Position numbers and translations under genes: made by a program. A DNA stretch of 63,637 nt, filler included, from an uncultured Methanosarcinales archaeon (GTDB lineage Archaea > Nanobdellota > Nanobdellia > Woesearchaeales > CAYSVS01), in the NCBI GenBank assembly GCA_964434475.1. It is 4 parts of 4 records of this genome, joined end to end, with 100 filler letters (N's around TTAATTAATTAA, not from the genome) between each part and the next. Parts side by side here need not be neighbours in the genome. Positions count along the whole stretch, not along the records: positions 34,816 to 50,860 come from CAYSVS010000025.1; positions 50,961 to 63,637 come from CAYSVS010000036.1; 2 more parts are not named here. The stretch is one strand, 5' to 3'. The notes under the pieces were generated by a model that was not told the origin of the DNA, did no database searches, and saw only the letters and a program-made list of their open reading frames with translations. Of the stretch, positions 47,836-56,008 are shown one piece after another. Positions within the stretch are counted from its first letter, which is position 1. Each line of letters opens with the position of its first letter.

Positions 47836-48320
47836 TAGAAAATAAAAGATGAGAAAGGGGATGATTCTCACCAACCTTTTGGACAAGCAAAAACGTTGAC
47901 GAAAATTNNNNNNNNNNNNNNNNNNNNNNNNNNNNNNNNNNNNNNNNNNNNNNNNNNNNNNNNNNNNNNNNNNNNNNNNNNNNNNNNNNNNNNNNNNNNN
48001 NNNNNNNCGTTGACGAAAATTCTGTACGTTTCGCAAACTCAACAGCACAATAGCAAAAATAAGAAATAGAAAATAAAAGGTGGGAAAGGGGATGATTCTC
48101 ACCAACCTTTTGGACAAGCAAAAACGTTGACGAAAATTCTGTACGTTTCGCAAACTCAACAGCACAATAGCAAAAATAATAAATAGAAAATAAAAGATGA
48201 GAAAGGGGATGATTCTCACCAACCTTTTGGACAAGCAAAAACGTTGACGAAAATTCTGTACGTTTCGCAAACTCAACAGCACAATAGCAAAAATAAGAAA
48301 TAGAAAATAAAAGGTGGGAA
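47836..48320 (-). repeat. 117-bp tandem repeat (at least 3 units) downstream of tRNA-Phe, each unit ending in a copy of the tRNA 3' end
   Basis: CGTTGACGAAAATT at 47894, 48008, 48125 and 48242; tRNA-end-like segments at 47848, 48079 and 48196; spans the N gap. Confidence 0.9.
47908..48007. other. Scaffold gap (100 N) inside the tandem repeat
   Basis: Plain N-run; both flanks carry the same repeat sequence. Confidence 0.95.
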
Positions 48321-48388
48321 CGGGGGGATTTGAACCCCCGACACCTACGTCTTCAGCGTAGTGCTCTCCCAGATTGAGCTACGTCCCC
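48315..48388 (-). tRNA. tRNA-Phe(GAA)
   Basis: Acceptor GGGGACG/CGTTCCC; anticodon arm CTACG-CTGAAGA-CGTAG. Confidence 0.95.
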
Positions 48389-48432
48389 ATATAAAAATAA
48401 TGAAAAAATATCAATTTTAAAAAGCTTTCGGT

Positions 48433-48837
48433 CTATTCTATAAATTCTTCCTCAACCTGTTCTTCTTTTGTCAATATATGCTCTCCTTCATCTGTTGTCT
48501 CATTAGACAATGCACTAGCTTCTGTCTCTTCATCCTCTGTTACTCCACTTTTTTCCAGCACTTCAAGATTGCCAAATTTACCAGTAGAAAGCTGTTTCTC
48601 ACCTTGAAACTCGCTAACATATCCATTGCTTATCTTTACTTTATCACCTATGTTAACTTGATCTACTTGTTCATTCCATAAACTAAGGTCAATCTGTCCT
48701 GTATCATCCTTAGCTCTTGCTTTACAAACTCTTCCTGCTGTACCAAATTTGGAAAAGGTCCTAACTTCTCCTTTATCAACAACTTCAACAGTTATCTCAA
48801 CTTTACCTTGTCTTGGCTCTAAATCTTTTATTTCCAT
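48433..48837 (-). CDS. Single-OB-fold ssDNA-binding protein (SSB/RPA) with acidic tail
   Basis: KDDTGQIDLSLWNEQ...NGYVSEFQGEKQLSTGKFG. Confidence 0.9.
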   Translation of the reverse strand: MEIKDLEPRQGKVEITVEVVDKGEVRTFSKFGTAGRVCKARAKDDTGQIDLSLWNEQVDQVNIGDKVKISNGYVSEFQGEKQLSTGKFGNLEVLEKSGVTEDEETEASALSNETTDEGEHILTKEEQVEEEFIE

Positions 48838-48849
48838 TTAAAAACACCC

Positions 48850-50367
48850 TCATATCAGTCTTCCAGCCTTTTCAAAATAAATCTCTTTATTGATCAGCTT
48901 TCTGACTACATTTTTTAAATCTTCAATATCAACCCTTATCTGTTTTGTCGTATCCCTATCCCTTATAGTGACATCCTTGTTCTCTAGACTATCGTAATCT
49001 ATAGTTATACAGTAAGGTGTTGCAATCTCATCATTTCTTGCATATCTTCGTCCTATAGCTCCTCCTTTATCGTATATGCATGTAAATTCCTTTTTTAAGT
49101 CATCAAATATTCTTTTTGACAATTCTGGAATCCCTTCTTTGTTTACCAAAGGAAGCACTGCAATCTTATACGCAGATAACCTAGGATCAAGATGCAAGAT
49201 TACTGTTTTACCTGTCTTTTCATCCTCTTTTTCTTCATAAGCATCAAACATGAACGCCAAAAAAGCCCTATCTACACCTTGAGAAGGTTCACTTGCAACA
49301 TATGGAACAACCTTTTTTTTTGACTCTTCATCATATACAGAAAGGTCTTTTTTAGAATGTTTAATATGCTGCTGTAGATCAAACTGTTTCCTGTCAGCAT
49401 TTCCATGTATCTCTTTCCACCCAAAAGGAAACTTATATTCAATATCAAAACATGCTTTAGCATAATGAGCTAACTCATCCTTATTATGTTCTCTTAATCT
49501 CAGGTTTTCTGGATTGATTCCTAAATCTAAAAACCATCTATACATCTGCGCAAGCCAAAAAGCATGCCATTGTGACAATAGGTTATTCTCAAGCATCATC
49601 TCTATCGTTGATTCCTTCTGCACATCATCACTTCCAGCTGTCAAAATATTTACTTTAAAATTTTTTATCTCCTCTACATAAGGACAATCATCGTATTTTT
49701 CAGGATGAGTAAAGAATTCAATCTCCATCTGTTCAAATTCCCTGCTCCTAAACAAAAAATCTCTTGGACTTATTTCATTTCTGAATGCTTTTCCAACTTG
49801 ACATATACCAAAAGGCAGCTTTTGTCTTGCATTCTCCATAACAAGCCTATAATCAGTAAATATCAACTGTGCTGTTTCTGGTCTAAGATAAGCTACATCA
49901 TCACTTATAGGACCAACTGTTGTATTAAACATCAAATTAAACTGCTTAGGTTCTGAATACTCTTTATTACCGCATTTTGGACAAGATATTTCATTTTCAT
50001 CCATTATATTTTTGATCTCAGTCAATTCCAAACCTTCAACATTCTTATCCAAAGCATCTTCTATAATAATATCAGCTCTGTGTCTTGACTTACATTTTGT
50101 GCATTCTATCAATACATCTTCAAAACAACCGACATGTCCAGAAGCAACCCATACTTTTGGATTAGTGATTATAGCTCCATCCATTCCAACAACATCATTC
50201 CTATTATGAACAAAAGTTTTCCAAAAACTTTGCTTTATATTATTCTTTATCTCAACACCCAAAGGACCATAATCAAAAAATCCGTTTAATCCGCCATATA
50301 TCTCAGCAGTAGGATATATTATACCTTTTCTTTTGCAAAACATTGCCATTTCTTCAATATTGACCAT
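48850..50367 (-). CDS. glyS: Glycine--tRNA ligase (alpha2 type)
   Basis: YLRPETAQ, FRNEISPR, REFEQMEIE and EPSQGVDR. Confidence 0.97.
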   Translation of the reverse strand: MVNIEEMAMFCKRKGIIYPTAEIYGGLNGFFDYGPLGVEIKNNIKQSFWKTFVHNRNDVVGMDGAIITNPKVWVASGHVGCFEDVLIECTKCKSRHRADIIIEDALDKNVEGLELTEIKNIMDENEISCPKCGNKEYSEPKQFNLMFNTTVGPISDDVAYLRPETAQLIFTDYRLVMENARQKLPFGICQVGKAFRNEISPRDFLFRSREFEQMEIEFFTHPEKYDDCPYVEEIKNFKVNILTAGSDDVQKESTIEMMLENNLLSQWHAFWLAQMYRWFLDLGINPENLRLREHNKDELAHYAKACFDIEYKFPFGWKEIHGNADRKQFDLQQHIKHSKKDLSVYDEESKKKVVPYVASEPSQGVDRAFLAFMFDAYEEKEDEKTGKTVILHLDPRLSAYKIAVLPLVNKEGIPELSKRIFDDLKKEFTCIYDKGGAIGRRYARNDEIATPYCITIDYDSLENKDVTIRDRDTTKQIRVDIEDLKNVVRKLINKEIYFEKAGRLI

Positions 50368-50477
50368 TATACCACCTTACATAGATTAAAATTTTTATGA
50401 TTATATATAAAAATAGCGTTTTAAAATACACATTAGGCAAAAACTTTATAAATATAACACTAATTTTTAAGTTCCAT

Positions 50478-50637
50478 GAGCCCGTGGCTTAGTCCGGAAG
50501 CCATTCCCGATACATTGCGTATCGGACTTGGTTGAGCAATTAGAGCGCTCGACTGATACATTTGTATGAAAATGCAGAGATCGAGTGGTCCCGTGTTCAA
50601 AATCGGTCAAAACCGAATGAAAGTCACGGCGGGCTCA
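50478..50637 (+). tRNA. tRNA-Ile(GAU) with three introns (19/20: 50498-50539; 37/38: 50559-50579; 59/60: 50602-50623)
   Basis: Removing 42+21+22 nt gives a 75-nt cloverleaf GAGCCCG...AGTCCGGTTAGAGC...CTCGA-CTGATAA-TCGAG...CCGTG-TTCAAAT-CACGG-CGGGCTC-A. A TATA box lies upstream and a T-tract downstream. Confidence 0.88.
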
Positions 50638-50680
50638 TTTTTTTCTAAAATTTTTTAAATAATCCACATTTAGCAAGATA

Positions 50681-50833
50681 ATGGAAGAGTTACCTAACAT
50701 ATTATATCGGGGAACAAATAAAAAAGCGATAGCAACTTTTAATGGCCTAAACAGAGTAAGAAGCGTCATCTTTACTAAGGATGTAGATAAAGCCTTAAAT
50801 TATGCTAAAATAACTGGAGTTGTGCAGATTTAA
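50681..50833 (+). pseudogene. Short ORF truncated by an IS end; ADP-ribosyltransferase-fold-like N-terminus
   Basis: MEELPNILYRGTNKK...VIFTKDVDKALNYAK reads into the IS terminal repeat at 50811. Confidence 0.35.
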
Positions 50834-50860
50834 ACTCTAGCCTTGGCTAAACCTCTAAAT
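50811..50860. mobile_element. IS terminal fragment (the other end)
   Basis: Same 21-bp terminus TAACTGGAGTTGTGCAGATTT with a different internal sequence; at a contig end. Confidence 0.7.
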
Positions 50861-50960
50861 NNNNNNNNNNNNNNNNNNNNNNNNNNNNNNNNNNNNNNNN
50901 NNNNTTAATTAATTAANNNNNNNNNNNNNNNNNNNNNNNNNNNNNNNNNNNNNNNNNNNN
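50861..50960. other. Artificial contig-join linker
   Basis: N-run containing TTAATTAATTAA. Confidence 0.9.
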
Positions 50961-51014
50961 TGTTCAACTACCTAATTTTTTCGGTTTTTAGAAAAATCTG
51001 CACAACTCCAGTTA
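50961..51014. mobile_element. IS terminal fragment at a contig start
   Basis: Reverse complement of 17674-17725. Confidence 0.7.
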
Positions 51015-51029
51015 TATTAGATAATTATT

Positions 51030-51569
51030 ATGGATGACAAGATATTATTGGATAAAGATACATTAAAGGCATTGGTTGTTGATACCAGGCTTAATATTCT
51101 AAAACTATTGAGTGATAAACAATACACATTATCTGATATAGCAGAAAAGCTTAATTTTAGCAATTCTACTATTAAGGAGCATCTCGATATACTCTGTAAT
51201 TCTGGATTGATCAAAAAAGAAGAGACAGACAGGAAATGGAAATATTATTCATTGACATTGAAAGGAAAAAGAATAGTCAATCCAAGAGAAGTAAAAGTGT
51301 TGTTTGCGTTTATGGTAAGTTTAATTGCAGCGATAGGTGTTGCGATAAAGTTCACAAGACAATTTCTATCTCCTCAGCCGATAATAGCTATGGAAAAAGC
51401 ATCTGCAACATTGTCAAGAACAGCAGATTTTACTCAGATGCAGCAAAGTATAGATAATCAAATGACTTTGCTAATAATTATGATAGTATTATTTACATTA
51501 AGCGCTTTTTTATTAGGTTTATATATCAAAAAACCATTGATGATAATAAGCAAAGAGGAGAAAAGATGA
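51030..51569 (+). CDS. ArsR-like wHTH regulator with two C-terminal TM helices
   Basis: LKAL..DTRLNILKLL...TLSDIAEKL...TIKEHLDIL..SGLI...YYSLT followed by hydrophobic segments. Confidence 0.85.
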   Translation: MDDKILLDKDTLKALVVDTRLNILKLLSDKQYTLSDIAEKLNFSNSTIKEHLDILCNSGLIKKEETDRKWKYYSLTLKGKRIVNPREVKVLFAFMVSLIAAIGVAIKFTRQFLSPQPIIAMEKASATLSRTADFTQMQQSIDNQMTLLIIMIVLFTLSAFLLGLYIKKPLMIISKEEKR

Positions 51570-51902
51570 AAAACAAGATTATTTTTTATCATAATGTTGT
51601 TCATTGTTTCAGGATGTCAGCAAGCGTTTGAACAGCAGACAACAGGACAAGGGACACAGACACAAAGCATAGAAGAAACACATTCAACTGAACAAAAAAC
51701 TCAACAAGACACACAAGACAATTACATAGTAAAGGTTGATATAGCAGAATATGTAGCAAGTTCCAAGTCATTAACACCAACCGAATGTACAGAAAAAGGC
51801 GGAAGAACAGTTAATGTTGTAAATGGAAGCAGATGTGAAAAAGATGAAGAGAACATAGGCGAAGTGAGAGGCTTGGTATCTCCAAATATTTGTTGTATGT
51901 AA
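51566..51902 (+). pseudogene. Cys-rich lipoprotein with a +1 frameshift in the signal peptide (T6 at 51582-51587)
   Basis: GAGGAG RBS and ATG 51566; removing one T gives MKNKIIFIIMLFIVSGC in frame with ORF 51594..51902. Confidence 0.6.
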
Positions 51903-52100
51903 AAATAATAATAAACCCTATTTTCTATATTTAGATATTTCTTTACTTCTTTAAATCATTGTATTACAATCTATATTATTTAAAATCAACAAGTATATAA
52001 AGAGAAAAAGTAACCAAAATAAATTGTGTATCGGATGGAAAATAAACCCAATATGTTGTGTTTTCATTCAGAAAAAGTAAAAAACAGAGGGAAAATCAAA

Positions 52101-54818
52101 ATGGAAAATGAGGAAGTGTATAAACAAAAAATAAATTCTATGTTTCAATTCAACAGCAAGATATACAAAAAGGTTCCTAATGAACTTATAAATAATTACA
52201 AAGAACTTCTTCTTATGCTGATAAACATGCAGAAAAATAAAGAATTAGAAGTACATCCTCAAAACCAATACCTGGGCGGAAATGATCTCGCAACAAATAT
52301 ATACAAAAAAAAATATTTTCTGAAAGATATAGATGCCGAACTTATAGAAACAAGACCTGAACAGAGTTTCGCAAGAATTGCAGCTTTTGTAGCTGCTGTA
52401 GAACCTGATAAACAAAAACAGAAGCAATATGCAATAAGATTCTATAATGCATTATATAAAGGCCATTTTATACCTGGAGGAAGAGTAATTGCAGGAGCAG
52501 GCGATCTGTTCAGAGTAAAGACTTTATCCAATTGTTTTGTTACTCTAATAGGAAATGACAGCATAGAAGGAATATTTGATGCTGCTAAAGAATGCGCAAG
52601 GACATATTCCTACGGAGGAGGTATAGGAGTAGATATCTCTAACTTAAGACCAAGGGACAGCATAGTACACAATGCAGCAGACAGATCAACAGGAGCTGTT
52701 AGTTTTATGCAGCTTTATTCAATGACAACAGGGTTGATAGGGCAAAGCGGAAGAAGAGGAGCGTTAATGATAACATTGGATGTAAAACATCCCGATGTAT
52801 ATCATTTCATGGATGTAAAAAAAGAGGATGACTGGGTTACAAAACATATTGCAGACCAATGCGAATGGAGCGGAGCTTTTGATAAAAGTCAAATAGATCT
52901 AATCAGGCAAAAAGTAAGGGAAAATACCCAAGTGAGATTTGCAAACATCTCATTAAAAGTTACTGACGAATTTATGAAGGCTGTTGAAGAACAAAAAGAA
53001 TACAACAATAAGATCTTGATATATGATAAAAAAGCAAATACAGAAGAAAAGATAGAATATGGACATTATTCTTATGAAATACCTAACAAAAACATAGAAG
53101 ATTATGAACTGTTGCAAACTTTTGATAACATAGAACAACTTAATCAATATCTGGCCAGCAACAATGTGCAGGCAATATCAAAACAAGAGCTTGATTCTGA
53201 GGAAAAAAGGGATAAATACGGAGATTATATTGTAAATGCAAGAGACAAAACATTAGCGATTAAATACAGCGGAGATTATATGCTTTATTTTAAATCTGAA
53301 CAAACAGGAGAGATTAAAAATTTAGTTAAAGCAAAAAGTATTTGGGATAAGTTTGTCGCCGGTAATTACAAGACAGCGGAACCAGGTTTGATATTTTGGA
53401 GCACCATGACAAAATACAGCCCTTCTAATTATATAGGCAAGCCTATAGCCAGTACAAATCCTTGTGGCGAAGTTCCATTAGAAGATGGAGGAGCCTGCAA
53501 TTTAACATCTTTAAACCTCTCAAGGGTTGTCAAGAACAGTTTTGATGAAAATTCAGAGGTAGACTGGAATCTTGTAAAAGATACGATAAGGCTAATTGTC
53601 AGATTCCTTGATAATGTAATAAGCTGGAACGAATACCTCAACCCTTTAGAAAAACAAAAACAAGCTGCAAAAAATACAAGAAGGATAGGGTTAGGATATA
53701 TGGGTATTGCAGATATGCTCAACCAACTAGGAATAGGATACGACAGCGATCAAGGAATCAAGACTATGGATATATTAGCAAAAACAATATCAAACACAGC
53801 TTATGATGAAAGTGCTAATCTGGCAACAGAAAAAGGCAAAAGTCCAGTATGGGATTATGATCAGTACAAAAAAGGAGCATATTTTAAAGAAAGATTAAGT
53901 GAAGAAACAAAACAAAAAATCGCAGATAAAGGCTTAAGAAATATTGCGATACTTTCAATAGCTCCGACTGGAACAATCTCAAATATAGTTTTAAGCTATA
54001 AGAATACAGATAAAAACTATATTGGCGTAAGTTCAGGCATTGAACCTATATTCGGATTGTTCTACACAAGAAGAACAGAAACAGTAGGTCAAAGCTTCTA
54101 TAAAGTATTCCATAGCACAGTGCAAGCATATATAGACCAAAAAGGATTGAATGAACAATGCCAGGAAGCTGAAAAAGAAGAAGAGCTAAAAGGCATCTTG
54201 CCAGAACATTTTTTCAGGACTGCACACCATATATCTCCTGAAAAAAGAGTTACAGTACAAGGAACATGCCAAAAATATATAGATCACTCAATATCAAGCA
54301 CATGCAACCTACCAGAAGATGTTGAACCAGAAGTAATATCTGATGTATATCTCAAAGCATGGAAAGCAGGATTAAAAGGTGTGACAATATACAGGGATGG
54401 TTCAAGATTTGCTATACTCACTGTTAAAAGCAAAGAAAATGAATTTCAAAAGCATAAAAATAGCATAGTTAATGTGTGCTTAGAAGGAGGAGAAAGTGCA
54501 GAACTTAGAGGATCAAGCCTGATACATGATAATCAAGGAAGACTGACTACAGTATATCATGCGACTAAAAACAATATACCTATAACATCATGCAGATTAG
54601 ACGGAACAAGCATATTAAAAATATCGGAAGGGGCATTAGAACTCAAAAAAGATAAAGAAGAGATTGAACAACAAAATAAAATTACAGAAAACACTGAAGA
54701 AATATTTGACTCTAATCTTAAAAAATGTCCTGTGTGCGAGAAGGTTACATTAAAAGTAGAAAGCGGATGTTCCTCATGCATAAATCCTGAATGCGGATTC
54801 AGCAAGTGCGATCATTAA
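52101..54818 (+). CDS. nrdJ: Class II (adenosylcobalamin-dependent) ribonucleotide reductase
   Basis: TLSNCFV, GGGIG, STNPCGEVPL, SIAPTGTIS, GLKGVTIYRDGSR and C-terminal Zn ribbon. Start set at ATG 52101 after GAGGG. Confidence 0.95.
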   Translation: MENEEVYKQKINSMFQFNSKIYKKVPNELINNYKELLLMLINMQKNKELEVHPQNQYLGGNDLATNIYKKKYFLKDIDAELIETRPEQSFARIAAFVAAVEPDKQKQKQYAIRFYNALYKGHFIPGGRVIAGAGDLFRVKTLSNCFVTLIGNDSIEGIFDAAKECARTYSYGGGIGVDISNLRPRDSIVHNAADRSTGAVSFMQLYSMTTGLIGQSGRRGALMITLDVKHPDVYHFMDVKKEDDWVTKHIADQCEWSGAFDKSQIDLIRQKVRENTQVRFANISLKVTDEFMKAVEEQKEYNNKILIYDKKANTEEKIEYGHYSYEIPNKNIEDYELLQTFDNIEQLNQYLASNNVQAISKQELDSEEKRDKYGDYIVNARDKTLAIKYSGDYMLYFKSEQTGEIKNLVKAKSIWDKFVAGNYKTAEPGLIFWSTMTKYSPSNYIGKPIASTNPCGEVPLEDGGACNLTSLNLSRVVKNSFDENSEVDWNLVKDTIRLIVRFLDNVISWNEYLNPLEKQKQAAKNTRRIGLGYMGIADMLNQLGIGYDSDQGIKTMDILAKTISNTAYDESANLATEKGKSPVWDYDQYKKGAYFKERLSEETKQKIADKGLRNIAILSIAPTGTISNIVLSYKNTDKNYIGVSSGIEPIFGLFYTRRTETVGQSFYKVFHSTVQAYIDQKGLNEQCQEAEKEEELKGILPEHFFRTAHHISPEKRVTVQGTCQKYIDHSISSTCNLPEDVEPEVISDVYLKAWKAGLKGVTIYRDGSRFAILTVKSKENEFQKHKNSIVNVCLEGGESAELRGSSLIHDNQGRLTTVYHATKNNIPITSCRLDGTSILKISEGALELKKDKEEIEQQNKITENTEEIFDSNLKKCPVCEKVTLKVESGCSSCINPECGFSKCDH

Positions 54819-54836
54819 GATATTATTAAAAATAAA

Positions 54837-55463
54837 ATGGGAAAAAATGAACTTGGCCTTGTGCATGTATATACTGGCAATGGAAAAGGAAAAACAACAA
54901 CAGCCATAGGATTAGCTTTAAGAGCTATTGGCCAGGGCTTTAGGGCTTATGTTATACAGTTTCTGAAAGGAGGGCAGTATACAGGCGAATATGTAGCATT
55001 GAAACAATTCCTGCCTAATGCTGAGATAGTGCAATACGGCAAAGGTTGCATAAAAGAAAGCAAACAGTTAAAGATAGATAATTTTGGGGAAGTTAAATGC
55101 TGGAAAGGAGACTGGAAAAAGGACGAGATTAGCTGCGGAGACTGCAGATACTGTTTTGTAAATGATAATGAACAAGAACAATTCACAAAAGATGCTTTTG
55201 CTCATGCAAAAAGAATACTCACTAACAATGATTTTGACATTGTTATTCTAGATGAACTCAATTGCGCTATCCATTCCGGCATGATCGAATTAGATAAAGC
55301 ATTGGAGCTGATAAAAAACAAAAATTCAAAAACAGAACTTATAATCACAGGAAGAGATGCACATCCTAAGATAATTGAAGCAGCGGATCTTGTTAGTGAA
55401 ATAAATGAAGTAAAACATTATTATAAAAAAGGCATTCTCGCAAGAAGAGGAATTGAGTATTGA
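54837..55463 (+). CDS. cobO: Cob(I)alamin adenosyltransferase (CobO/BtuR)
   Basis: VYTGNGKGKTT, IQFLKG, ILDEL, ELIITGR and RRGIEY. Confidence 0.95.
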   Translation: MGKNELGLVHVYTGNGKGKTTTAIGLALRAIGQGFRAYVIQFLKGGQYTGEYVALKQFLPNAEIVQYGKGCIKESKQLKIDNFGEVKCWKGDWKKDEISCGDCRYCFVNDNEQEQFTKDAFAHAKRILTNNDFDIVILDELNCAIHSGMIELDKALELIKNKNSKTELIITGRDAHPKIIEAADLVSEINEVKHYYKKGILARRGIEY

Positions 55464-55525
55464 TTTTTTCTTTTTGATAATAAAGGCAATAAAATTTATA
55501 TATATGGCACACATATACAATATAT

Positions 55526-56008
55526 ATGAAAAAAGCGTTTATAAGTTTCGGTTCTAATAAAGGAGACAGAAGCAAGAATGTAGCTAAAGCTCTCGATATA
55601 TTAAGAAAACATTTTCTTATTGCAGATGTCAGCTCATTCTATAATTCAGAACCGGTTTATACAAATCAAACAAGAAATTTCTTAACAGGAGTTATAAAAA
55701 TAGCGACAAAACTGGAACCTAAGCAATTGCACGAACAACTTCAGATGATCGAAAGACAACTAGGCAGGATCAATATTGCAAGAGATGAAGATAAAATAAT
55801 AGATCTTGATCTTATATATTATGAAAAAAAAGCAATAGAGCAGCCTCCCATAGTTATTCCACACCATAAAGCACACAAAAGAAGATATGTTCTGCAGGCG
55901 ATGAACGATATTGACCCTGAATATTTACACCCTAAATTAAAGAAAACGCAAAAACAACTGCTTGATGAACTAGGATGCGATAAAAAAGTAGAAAATATTT
56001 CTGATTAA
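55526..56008 (+). CDS. folK: Hydroxymethyldihydropterin pyrophosphokinase
   Basis: [20 protein letters not shown] and IPH. Confidence 0.88.
   Translation: MKKAFISFGSNKGDRSKNVAKALDILRKHFLIADVSSFYNSEPVYTNQTRNFLTGVIKIATKLEPKQLHEQLQMIERQLGRINIARDEDKIIDLDLIYYEKKAIEQPPIVIPHHKAHKRRYVLQAMNDIDPEYLHPKLKKTQKQLLDELGCDKKVENISD

Noticed and set aside
47768..48282. Repeat-encoded ORFs of 156 and 149 aa
   Set aside because: They arise because the 117-bp period is a multiple of three. They cross an N gap and lack coding features.
47836..48320. CRISPR array
   Set aside because: The units are near-identical along their whole 117 bp with no unique spacers, and there are no adjacent cas genes.
50811..51014. 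One complete IS insertion spanning the gap
   Set aside because: The ends face each other, but the join is artificial and the interrupted ORF does not clearly resume after 51014. They may come from different copies.
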